Shown: piece by piece, positions 30,661 to 39,783 of the stretch
Layout of the letters: every line of letters begins with the position of its first letter
Position numbering within the stretch: the first letter of the stretch is position 1
Source of the DNA: Barthelona sp. PCE
Lineage: Eukaryota
Reading direction: 5' to 3'
Assembly: GCA_040285745.1 (NCBI GenBank)
Contig: JAUFOR010000002.1
Coordinates: forward strand, 1,240,001 to 1,304,000
DNA length: 64,000 nucleotides
Translations under genes and position numbers: made by a program
Notes under the pieces: model-generated
Database searches by the model: none
Seen by the model: the letters and a program-made list of their open reading frames with translations, nothing else
What the model was told of the DNA's origin: nothing

Positions 30661-30794
30661 GGTGACATACAGGCGCTAGCCTTCAGACTTTATACTTGAG
30701 GTAGTAAACAGCGGAGGGGGACGAAGCGAACCGTCATGTGTAGTAGGTGTCCGTAGGACCCGATACGGTTTTTCTTACCTTTTTCAAAAAAAAA
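30661..30794 (+). repeat. Split direct repeat A2
   Basis: Copy of 24811-24943 directly abutting B1. Confidence 0.97.
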
Positions 30795-30893
30795 GGGTTT
30801 TAGGCCACTTCCCGGACGAAACACCCTCTACACGTGAAGGCGAGCCTTCCCACGTGAGCGTTCCCCGACGTCAATAAACCTACTTCAGTATAA
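30795..30893 (+). repeat. Split direct repeat B2 (99 bp), right end of the element
   Basis: Copy of 30562-30660. Confidence 0.97.
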
Positions 30894-31036
30894 ATTTACA
30901 GATTCATCTGCTACTGTATGATTCCCCTGTACCAGCCACAATGAATCATAAATCTGATGAAGGAACAGCTTCTGTAACAATTTTCACGGATTCAATCAAA
31001 AATTTTTTCAATTAAAGGTATAAGGTATATATTATA

Positions 31037-31600
31037 TCACTGATATTTAATCTTTTTGGAAGATATTTTGGAACCTACAATAATTGTAACAATTCCAATA
31101 AGCAAACCAATGATTGCTCCGATAAAAAGTTGCAAAACACTATGACAACCAAGATAATACCGAGAATAACACACAAACAGGCTCAATCCGATACTCCCTA
31201 CATATAATAAATTGTGATACATAAATGCGAAAAATGGTTTTTGACTGACAGAAGATTTTGCCAATCTGTGAGTCCCTAGATCGTATATAAAGATAGCTAA
31301 CCAGCAGAACATGAACTGTGCGTGGTCTGAAGGCATCCCATATCCTTCATTAACACATAGATCACGACCACTTGATGCGACACGTTCTCCTTTTAGTACA
31401 TCCTTAATAATACCATTGAGCATTGTGTTCAGTAGAAGAATAGCTGCTGTGCGCAGATATTTTAAGTCAAACTTCAGAAATCCTTGATAAAGTGCTGCAC
31501 CAAACAAAAAAGCCGGTATTATACTCCCAAAACATGCTAAAAACGATATAAAATCTCCGTCATCGTACACAAAGTACGTTAATTTGAACGGAACAATCAT
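31037..31600 (-). CDS. DOLPP1: Dolichyldiphosphatase (PAP2 family)
   Basis: PFKLTYFVYDDGD start, GYGMPSDHAQFM, SRYYLGCHS...QLFIG, TM helices. Confidence 0.82.
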   Translation of the reverse strand: MIVPFKLTYFVYDDGDFISFLACFGSIIPAFLFGAALYQGFLKFDLKYLRTAAILLLNTMLNGIIKDVLKGERVASSGRDLCVNEGYGMPSDHAQFMFCWLAIFIYDLGTHRLAKSSVSQKPFFAFMYHNLLYVGSIGLSLFVCYSRYYLGCHSVLQLFIGAIIGLLIGIVTIIVGSKISSKKIKYQ

Positions 31601-31795
31601 GAAACGGATATAAATATGAAAATACAACTTTTTCCAAATTCTTTCTTACCTTAAAATCTATAAAGCAAGGTTTACGTGAACTATATACCAATTCACATTG
31701 ATTAAAATAGAAAAAGAATATTAGAACAAAACCTGCATGTAATGAAATTGATCAAATTTACTATTAACAAAAATTCGTTCACCACAACGAAGTTA

Positions 31796-33886
31796 TTAGA
31801 AGTCTTGGAAGTCTCTGATCGAGTCAATAATCTCAAGAGAACTCGTCATTAACTCCAATTCCTGACGCAACATTTTGCGCTTTGCAACAGCAGATGCATC
31901 CTCTGCCAAGAGTTCTTCAACATTCTCACCCATCAACTTACTCAAAAGAACGTTATGCAAATCACGTTTTGAGCTGTCGATCAAGAAATGTTGAATCGCC
32001 TTCGGAACACTATCCAGAACCTTCTTACTAATAATTCGATAATAGTCTGTGAGCATGCGTTCCAACTGTGAAACATAAAATTCTTCATGATTGGACAGTT
32101 CACTATTAGGGATAAGGTGCTGGGGCAGGCCGGTATCAAGCAAAGTTACACGTGGAGCTGCAACCTTAGGTTCCGATGCTGCTGCTGGTTGACTGTTTTG
32201 CTGCTGCTGAAACTTACGACGGATCTTGGAAGTCATAGCATCAAAATCCTTGGCGACACCACCTTTCTGCTGTTGGTTCTGCTGCTGCAGTTGTTGGGCC
32301 TGTAATTCAAGCTCCTGTTGCTTCATCTTCTCGTTGATGATATCATCCATGTACTTATCTGGCGTTTGGAAATCTGGATGATTAATGTTGACGTAACTGA
32401 GCTCAATAGCAATGAGGTTATCAATCAATTTAACTGTTGGCTTAGCACAGTCTTCCAATACTGAACTGGAAATGGTTGCGACTGCTTCAATTAACCGATT
32501 GTAACGGGAAAAGTATTTATGAATACAAGCATGGAGAAGGGAGCTGAGTTCCTTGCACACAAGAGAAACAGCCAATTTAGATGGACGATGAAGCAATTGG
32601 AGTTGCTTCTTAGCCAAAGACTCAAATGCACTGTTTGGAGTGAAAACCGCCGTCTTTGTTCCCATTGCATTAAGAATGGCAATGCGAATGTCCTGCCTGT
32701 TGACTGTATTTGAAGGGTCTAATGTCTCAAAGTGTGCTGGTAGCTTATCGTTCAGAATGTATCCAATACGAGCACCGGGACTCAAATGCTTGGTCTCCTG
32801 AGATGAAGACCCGTCGAGGGCTGCGCGGTAGCTCTCTGTGAATGAAGCAAGCATGTCTACCAATGCGGCTTGAGGGTTACCGTCCAAAATGGAATTACCC
32901 ATCCTCGCCAGCTCCCTGTTAAGGTGTGTGATCGAACGCCTGATCGAATCTCTGATGCCCGGCAAACACGTCTTGATGTGCTGGATGAGGTGGTAGTTGA
33001 GAGTCTTTGCGAGGAACGGAACACCAAGCTTGGAAGCGTAAGGAGCATACTTCTCGTGAGTGTTAAAGTACACTGCTTCATCTCTGATTGCGTTTTTGAC
33101 CGTCTTTCCGTTCTGGATGTCCTCCTGGCTACGTAAAACGAGACCGATATAACCTAGCTGAAGAGGATAAACCTTGCCCTTCAAAATGTCAACGGCATCG
33201 GTTCCTCTGTCCATTAGATCAACCTTTGTGATGACACCCAGTGTTCTAGAGTGGTCAGGGTCGACTTCTGCTGCAAGTTGAAGTGCATCTGAAGTTGCGA
33301 TATCTGTGTTAGCTGGGGTAACGGCAAGAATAAATGCGTTGGGACGTCTGATGTATTTGAGACACATTTCCCTAATGAGGTGCTCGATATTCTTGTTTTG
33401 GTCACCAACTGGAACACGTGTGATTCCAGGAAGATCCACACAAGTTAGATTAACCACATCAGGTGAATATACCTTAAGATTGATTGGTAAATCGGAGATG
33501 TCTCGGCCAACACCAGTGATACGTTCAGTATCACGAACGATCTCAGCCTTAATTTCTTCAAAATCAACAAAAATTTCTCCTTTGCGATGAAGGAATTCAC
33601 CCCACTCGCGGTACTCCTTATTCTTGACAACAATGGGTTGCTCAACGCGAATAAGCTGAAGAACAAGTGGACGACGAGTACAAATACCGGATGATCGTGG
33701 AATACATTCTTTCTGCACAAGCGCATCAAGAACGGAACTCTTACCCGACGATTGGCTTCCAATAACGACGATTTGGGGCAAATCTAATGGGGGAAGCGAA
33801 TCAGAATTTTCGCGGTCATGCTGCTTTGATCGGATAGTAGTGTACAAATCTTGTAGCTGGTTGATGATTGGAATAAGTTTCTGCAT
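31796..33886 (-). CDS. Dynamin-related GTPase (Drp1/Vps1-like)
   Basis: LPQIVVIGSQSSGKSS, TRRPL, DLPG, TKVD; middle domain; GED (DSVPKAIQHFLI); no PH domain. Confidence 0.93.
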   Translation of the reverse strand: MQKLIPIINQLQDLYTTIRSKQHDRENSDSLPPLDLPQIVVIGSQSSGKSSVLDALVQKECIPRSSGICTRRPLVLQLIRVEQPIVVKNKEYREWGEFLHRKGEIFVDFEEIKAEIVRDTERITGVGRDISDLPINLKVYSPDVVNLTCVDLPGITRVPVGDQNKNIEHLIREMCLKYIRRPNAFILAVTPANTDIATSDALQLAAEVDPDHSRTLGVITKVDLMDRGTDAVDILKGKVYPLQLGYIGLVLRSQEDIQNGKTVKNAIRDEAVYFNTHEKYAPYASKLGVPFLAKTLNYHLIQHIKTCLPGIRDSIRRSITHLNRELARMGNSILDGNPQAALVDMLASFTESYRAALDGSSSQETKHLSPGARIGYILNDKLPAHFETLDPSNTVNRQDIRIAILNAMGTKTAVFTPNSAFESLAKKQLQLLHRPSKLAVSLVCKELSSLLHACIHKYFSRYNRLIEAVATISSSVLEDCAKPTVKLIDNLIAIELSYVNINHPDFQTPDKYMDDIINEKMKQQELELQAQQLQQQNQQQKGGVAKDFDAMTSKIRRKFQQQQNSQPAAASEPKVAAPRVTLLDTGLPQHLIPNSELSNHEEFYVSQLERMLTDYYRIISKKVLDSVPKAIQHFLIDSSKRDLHNVLLSKLMGENVEELLAEDASAVAKRKMLRQELELMTSSLEIIDSIRDFQDF

Positions 33887-34046
33887 GTAAAATACGTTAT
33901 TGCAAAAAGAGAAAAACTAGATAAAATCGAAAACATTGTATTCTACCTTTTAAGCTTTATCATATTGTATGAACATTAGTAAAATCATTCTATACAAGAA
34001 ACCGAGCTCTATAAAGATGTAACAACATTATTTATTATAGAAATGA

Positions 34047-35744
34047 TTATTCACCACGCTTGATTTCAAAAGGCCACATAAGAATACCACCCATCATAAC
34101 GATGACGTTGTCGAAGCCATAACGACGAAGCATGGTCTGAGCCTGATAAGCACGGGCACTAACCTTACAGAAAATGATAATTGGCTTGTCACGGGGTAAC
34201 TCTTCATGACGAGTATGCAGCTGACCAAGAATAATGTGATCTGCCTGAGGAATACGCATCATTTTACGTTCACCAGGTGTACGAACATCAAGGAAAACAA
34301 AGTCTTTCTCCTCATCAAGCATCTTCTTGACTTCAAGGTTACGGACAACCTTAACACGGTTCTCTAAAATGTTCTTTGCAATGTTACAGGCTACGGCAAG
34401 GTTATCCATTGCCTTGGAGAAAGGCGGAGAGTAGCAGAAATCAGCCATGGCAACTTGGTCAATTGTGGCTTTCATCGTCATGGCCATAACAGCAACGTCA
34501 ACGTGCTTGACACCGTTGCTTGATGGACCGACAGTACTGAAACCAATAAGCATGCGGGATTCATTCTCAACAATCAACTTTGTGAATAAAGGTTTCATAC
34601 CTTTCATAAACCACACACGATCAGGTCCAGGGCTGAGAACAACAGTATAAGCAACACCTCTCCTCTCGGCCTCTTTCTCGCTAAGACCAGTACGACAACA
34701 ACAAAAATCAAAGACCTTACAGACTGCACTTCCAAGAACACCAGTCATTTTCTCATCCTGACCTGTCAAATGTGAGCCGATGACATGACCAGCACGGTTG
34801 GAAACGGAACCGAGAGGGGCATATACCTGTTCACCGGTAATGATATTGGTAACTAAAGCAACATCACCACCAGCATAGATGTTGGGATCGGAAGTCCTGC
34901 AGAACTCATCAACGAGAATACCACCTTTAGCATGACATGTGATACCGCATTCCTTAGCGATAGCATCGTTAGGACGAACACCAACAGACATGATTACAAG
35001 ACTGGCATCAATGGTGTTTTCTTCACCGAGTTTAATACGCTTAACGACACCGTCTTCTCCCTCAAATCCCTTGCAGAATGTGTTGAGATGGATTTTAACA
35101 CCCTTTGATTTAACATGACGACGAACTAATAGTTCCATATCCTTATCCATCATTGTGAGGATTTGATCCATACCTTCAACAATTGTAATGTTACGGAAAC
35201 CCATCTCGTAGAACTCAGAAGCCATCTCCATTCCGATAAGACCTGCTCCGACAACAACAACGGGGTAAGTTTCCTTCTCCTCTTCAGGAACACTCTTCAG
35301 GTGCTCAACGAGGGGATGGGCCTCTTCATATCCCTTAACAACGTGTACACCCTTGAGATCAGCACCCTCAATAGGGGGTACAAAAGGGCGTGAACCGGTT
35401 GCGATAACAAGCTTATCGTAGTCCATCTCAAAAACATTACCCTCCTTGAGATTCTTGACCTGAAGCTTCATGTTCTGTCTATCAATGGAGACAACTTCGT
35501 GCTCCATGAGCGTATCAACCATTTTGGCCTTCTTTAACCACATGGGAGTTCTCTCGACACCAACAGGGGTCATTGTCAAAAGAGGTACTCTGTCGCTTGC
35601 AATCAGGTAGGGTAAGCCACATGTGGCGGGTGTGATATAGCTTCTTTTCTCAATAATTGTGACATCAGCATTATCAACAGCACGTGCAAAACGTGAGGCA
35701 GCTCGAGGTCCACAGGCGGATGCTCCAATACAGACAACTTTCAT
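34047..35744 (-). CDS. CoA-disulfide reductase/NADH oxidase family flavoprotein with C-terminal rhodanese domain
   Basis: FAD-binding start, redox Cys in ATCGLPY, LVIATGS, GAGLIGME, IYAGGD, CYSPPFS; rhodanese FLDVRTPGE...FCKVSAR...GGILMW. Confidence 0.92.
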   Translation of the reverse strand: MKVVCIGASACGPRAASRFARAVDNADVTIIEKRSYITPATCGLPYLIASDRVPLLTMTPVGVERTPMWLKKAKMVDTLMEHEVVSIDRQNMKLQVKNLKEGNVFEMDYDKLVIATGSRPFVPPIEGADLKGVHVVKGYEEAHPLVEHLKSVPEEEKETYPVVVVGAGLIGMEMASEFYEMGFRNITIVEGMDQILTMMDKDMELLVRRHVKSKGVKIHLNTFCKGFEGEDGVVKRIKLGEENTIDASLVIMSVGVRPNDAIAKECGITCHAKGGILVDEFCRTSDPNIYAGGDVALVTNIITGEQVYAPLGSVSNRAGHVIGSHLTGQDEKMTGVLGSAVCKVFDFCCCRTGLSEKEAERRGVAYTVVLSPGPDRVWFMKGMKPLFTKLIVENESRMLIGFSTVGPSSNGVKHVDVAVMAMTMKATIDQVAMADFCYSPPFSKAMDNLAVACNIAKNILENRVKVVRNLEVKKMLDEEKDFVFLDVRTPGERKMMRIPQADHIILGQLHTRHEELPRDKPIIIFCKVSARAYQAQTMLRRYGFDNVIVMMGGILMWPFEIKRGE

Positions 35745-36636
35745 TACAACGTAAAAAGTGAATAGAAACTTGAAACGATAAGGGAAGAAAAATATAATTC
35801 AATAGGATTGAGAAGTAAAGACTTCCATACATCAGTCTCTTCGCTTTCAGTGAATATAAGCACATTTATACTAATGAAAGAAGCTTATATAGCTTAGAAA
35901 ATCAGATAGCATAATATGGTTAACAACCAGCTTTATTGATCTCTTTTTCGGCTATGATCATACGTATTCTGCAGTTTTTCATCAAAAACAGGTTAAAAAA
36001 GAATGAAATATCAAAAACCAGTTTTCCGGTGAAATATCATTTAACATCTTGATATGCACATAGCACACGAGTTTAAATTCCTTTTCATGGTAAAGCACAG
36101 CTGAAAAACATTTTAAGAATGGTTAAATATGTAAAAACTCACTTCGCAAATATACAGTAAATAAGATAGCTTGACTGTGTATAACTTACATCAAATGGCT
36201 GCTGGGGAGTTTAACTTGGAGAAAAATTGTGCAAAATTGCTCATCAACTTCATTTGGGCTTTTCACATGTTATTTTGATGGTTGTACGAAAATCAGCGTT
36301 CATAACATTTATAAAAAACTGTGAATATTGTTAAATGAACAACCTGCATTTTCCTCACCTCACACACCTTAACCATTTATTGTCAAATACATAACAAAAA
36401 TCAGGTATATACCTTCAAACCATGCTTTATTCACTGAATTTGAAAAGAATAAGCCCGAGAAAAAGAAGAAAAAATCAATAGCGACTCCAACTTGCTGCTA
36501 TCATGGTTTCTGTTTCCATTTTAGTTTCGACAGTGTTTTTTTAGTTTTGGCAGTGTAAACGACGCCCCCGCGGTGCACATCGCGAAACCGGAGCCGTTAG
36601 GTCTGAACGAAGATACAGAAACTATTTATTCTAGAT

Positions 36637-37791
36637 CTACTCCTCGGCGGGGCGAGCGGGCTCCTCGACATCTTCGGTCTCCTTGGGGGTGGGGTAGAAG
36701 AAACCAGGGACCTTGAGGGACTTATTGTAAATAAGAGTAGCGATGACGAGCACGATGAAACCGAAGAGCTCAAGATAAGAGTAGATAGTCCATGCCTCAC
36801 CGAAGTCCTTGGAAATCCAGTAGTAGATACCGAGATCGACAACCCAGATAGCGACAGTACGGAGAGCCTCGAAGAGAGTTCTGTGAGTGGCGGAAAGAGC
36901 GCTGGTGATCATCATACCGAACATGTTAAGACCAAGGATACAGCCGAAGTAGATGCCGGTGAAGACCTTGATATGAAAGTTGGTTCTGAGAACGTAGAAG
37001 TCATCAATTACGTCTTCACCCCAGGACTTGTGCTTGAACAATTGGGCAAGAGGAAGGAAGACGACAAGACAGAGAATGGATCCCCAGCCACCTTCACAGC
37101 CAACGACAAGAGCATCGGGAGCATCATGGGACTTGAGAAGGAAGCGCTCGCAGATGATCTGAGAGGCCTGGATGAACTGAGAAATAACAACGAGGAGGCA
37201 GCCAATGAGCTGAGCAAAACCATCGTTATCGTTCTCATCAGCACCAGCGCCGGAGAGGACTGAGGAGTAACCAACGAAGAAAACACCGACGAAAGCAAGA
37301 ATAACACCAAACCACTGGGCACCAATCTTCTTCTCAGTTTTCAACTGCTTGGCGAAGAAAACTTCAAGAATGGCGGCGAAGGCGATCATGACAGCACGAA
37401 GGCACTGCATGACGGAAACGCTGATCAAAACGAGACCGAAGCTCATAACCGTGGTGGCAAGGAGATCAAGAGTGGCGGGAATGGCAACAAGGAATGCAAC
37501 GATGGGCTCTGGGACGCCAGGAACCTTCTCGGACTTGTCGAAGTTGTCGCCTAGGAGGGGCTGAGCCTCACGATGCTTCTTCTTCAACTTCTTCATGTCG
37601 ATAGCGTTCTTGATCAGGGCAAGTGACATAGCAAGGAACATAATCAATGTTTGGAACCAAGGCCTCTCAAAAAAAACGGTTAAGCCGTGGGAATTAACAA
37701 CCTTCGTTTGCATGAGGATCTTGGCGCTGATCATCGTGCCTGTTCCAAAAAGGAAGAAGAATGGAAGTATAATTGACAGAGGAAGACCCAT
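36637..37791 (-). CDS. SLC35F6-like drug/metabolite (nucleotide-sugar) transporter
   Basis: About 10 TM helices; FERPWFQTLIMFLAM, AIPATLDL, VGCEGGWG, LSATHRTLFEALRT. Confidence 0.85.
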   Translation of the reverse strand: MGLPLSIILPFFFLFGTGTMISAKILMQTKVVNSHGLTVFFERPWFQTLIMFLAMSLALIKNAIDMKKLKKKHREAQPLLGDNFDKSEKVPGVPEPIVAFLVAIPATLDLLATTVMSFGLVLISVSVMQCLRAVMIAFAAILEVFFAKQLKTEKKIGAQWFGVILAFVGVFFVGYSSVLSGAGADENDNDGFAQLIGCLLVVISQFIQASQIICERFLLKSHDAPDALVVGCEGGWGSILCLVVFLPLAQLFKHKSWGEDVIDDFYVLRTNFHIKVFTGIYFGCILGLNMFGMMITSALSATHRTLFEALRTVAIWVVDLGIYYWISKDFGEAWTIYSYLELFGFIVLVIATLIYNKSLKVPGFFYPTPKETEDVEEPARPAEE

Positions 37792-38156
37792 GAAAGAGAA
37801 GATTTAGAAAAAACTAAGAATTTCCTCACATCAATGGTTTCGTTTCGTGTGTATAGCACTGCTAGCAGTAGTAGCAATGTACAAAAACGGAAAAGACCAC
37901 TACATTTTGAGATAATATTTTCCATACTTTTAGAATTACTATTTTTACATATGACGACCTAAAAACCTGAAAAAGGACTATTTAAATGCTGCTTTACGTT
38001 TCAACCAGTGTTTATTCTTCTATATATACTATGAAAACACTTCCTGATTTCATATTACACTTGAATACAAAAATGTTCAAATAGAACATTTGCTGATGAT
38101 TTACGCCACAAAAATATACCTATATCTCTGTAAAGGTTTTGCAACAAAAAGCATTT

Positions 38157-38196
38157 GGCACGCTTGTGAATAACACGCTATTTCGTAGGAGTAAAT
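38157..38196. repeat. Dispersed ~40-bp motif, copy 1
   Basis: GGCACGCTTGTGAATAACACGCTATTTCGTAGGAGTAAAT; differs from 50834-50871 by 1 substitution and a 2-nt indel. Confidence 0.9.
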
Positions 38197-38442
38197 CTAC
38201 TGGAGGAGTAGACACGCGATCTTCCCTCTTGTACTTACATCATTTAAAATCATTATTTCATGTGTAAATATGGTAGTAAAAGAAGCTTAGCCCTGCACGC
38301 GGTATATTCTGTTAAAGTGGGCCCACCAAGGTTGTAAAAAGAAATGTAAAAGGGATAAAAACAAATACTAAAAATTGGCCATAGTTCAGAATATCTTCCT
38401 TTTCTTGGGCTTAGTACTTTTCTATTCTTTAACGAGCGTAAT

Positions 38443-39558
38443 ATGATCAGCACAAATCCAACCAATGCACAAAATGAGAATTTAGAACTCATGCTGGAAC
38501 AGCCAAAAACCATTCGTGCTTTTGTTCACGGCACAACAGACGAGGAGTTCGAAAGTGACATGGACAGTGTTTTAAACTTCGACTTATCTGACAGTGTTTA
38601 TGGCTATGCTAACGCAACGTTTGCAAACACAGAAAAAACTATTTTGGGGTGTGCACACTATCAGCGAGGATGTCTCACACGGTGTCCGGACTGCGACAAG
38701 TTCTATACATGTCGTGTTTGTCATGATTCATCGGAGGACCACAAAATTGACAGACGTCGTGTTAAAGAGATCATTTGCATGCGTTGTTCAACAATACAGG
38801 AACCTCACGGAACCTGCAAGGAGTGTGGCCTAGTGATGGGAGAGTACTACTGCGATAAGTGCAGATTGTGGAGCAATCGTGATTTTGATGATTATCCCAT
38901 CTATCACTGTGATGACTGTGGTGTCTGTCGCATTGGGCGCGGGCTGGGCATAGACGCCAAGCACGACCATAAGAACGGCTTGTGTATCATGTTGTCTGAC
39001 GTCGTCCAATCAGCATCAGTCATTGAATTGTTCAAGACCAGATGTTGCATCTGCTACGAGTCTTTGTTTGAAAAGAACACGGAGAACGGCCCACTGCACG
39101 GTCTTCCATGTGGGCATGTATTGCATCATGCTTGTTTTTTGAAGCTCATTGAGCACCAGCAGCAGAACTGTCCTCTCTGTAGGAAATCAATTATCCCGCC
39201 TGAGTTGGCTGCCCAGACATGGAGCAATGTTGACAAAATGCTGATAGATGTTAGGGTTGAAGAGCCATACCGACATATCTTGACGATAATCAAGTGCAAT
39301 GACTGTGACAAACAAACAATAGCACCTTTTGATTTCCAGTATCACTGCTGCGACTGGTGCAAGAGCTACAACACATGTAGCATGAGAAAAATATGGGATC
39401 CAGAAAAAATCTATTTAGAAGTATCAGAAGAAGAGATTCAAGGCAATCCATCTGTTGAAACCATGTCTTTGCGCAGATTTAACAGGCTTAGGGAACACAT
39501 TTTAATTGAGAATGATCAAAAATCGGAAGTTATTGAATTTTCTCCTTTTTATCATTGA
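38443..39558 (+). CDS. RCHY1: RING and CHY zinc-finger protein (Pirh2-like)
   Basis: GCAHYQRGC...CRVCHD, YYCDKCRLW, YHCDDCGVCRIG, RING-H2 CCICYE...CGHVLH...CPLC, zinc ribbon CNDC...CKSYNT. Confidence 0.9.
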   Translation: MISTNPTNAQNENLELMLEQPKTIRAFVHGTTDEEFESDMDSVLNFDLSDSVYGYANATFANTEKTILGCAHYQRGCLTRCPDCDKFYTCRVCHDSSEDHKIDRRRVKEIICMRCSTIQEPHGTCKECGLVMGEYYCDKCRLWSNRDFDDYPIYHCDDCGVCRIGRGLGIDAKHDHKNGLCIMLSDVVQSASVIELFKTRCCICYESLFEKNTENGPLHGLPCGHVLHHACFLKLIEHQQQNCPLCRKSIIPPELAAQTWSNVDKMLIDVRVEEPYRHILTIIKCNDCDKQTIAPFDFQYHCCDWCKSYNTCSMRKIWDPEKIYLEVSEEEIQGNPSVETMSLRRFNRLREHILIENDQKSEVIEFSPFYH

Positions 39559-39783
39559 TTATGTGCCAGTTAATGATCAATTAATAGATACGGCCTCACT
39601 TGAGTCACGATGGTAAGTCAAAACATGATTACACCGTTGATGTAGGATGAGCTTTTTTTAATAAAACATTACATTCAGCTGTATTTCGTTCTCATGATAT
39701 CGTTGAGGTGGTTGAGGTGATAATAGAGATCCAGACACATTAAAAAAAAGGATTTTCCTGTTGTTCGAATAGTATTCCTTTTC

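Larger units (their letters stand above)
24811..30893 (+). mobile_element. Full-length tyrosine-recombinase retrotransposon (DIRS order) with PAT/Ngaro-type split direct repeats
   Basis: Repeat layout A1-ORFs-B1-A2-B2; RT, RNase H and YR motifs; visibly higher GC than the flanks; no target-site duplication. Confidence 0.95.

Noticed and set aside
30534-30760. Hammerhead-ribozyme-like arrangement (GTGTTGA-GTCCG...CGGAC-GAAAC...GTC)
   Set aside because: The core reads GUGUUGA instead of CUGAUGA, so conserved C3 and A6 are changed, and no stem I forms. Ordinary hairpin pairing explains it better; an in vitro cleavage test would settle it.
24811-30794. A1/A2 as LTRs of an LTR retrotransposon
   Set aside because: No TG...CA ends, TSD, protease or DDE integrase; the B repeats and YR indicate the DIRS order.
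24630-31036. Host gene interrupted by the retrotransposon
   Set aside because: Joining the flanks gave only short frames with stops on the minus strand, and no convincing CDS was apparent.
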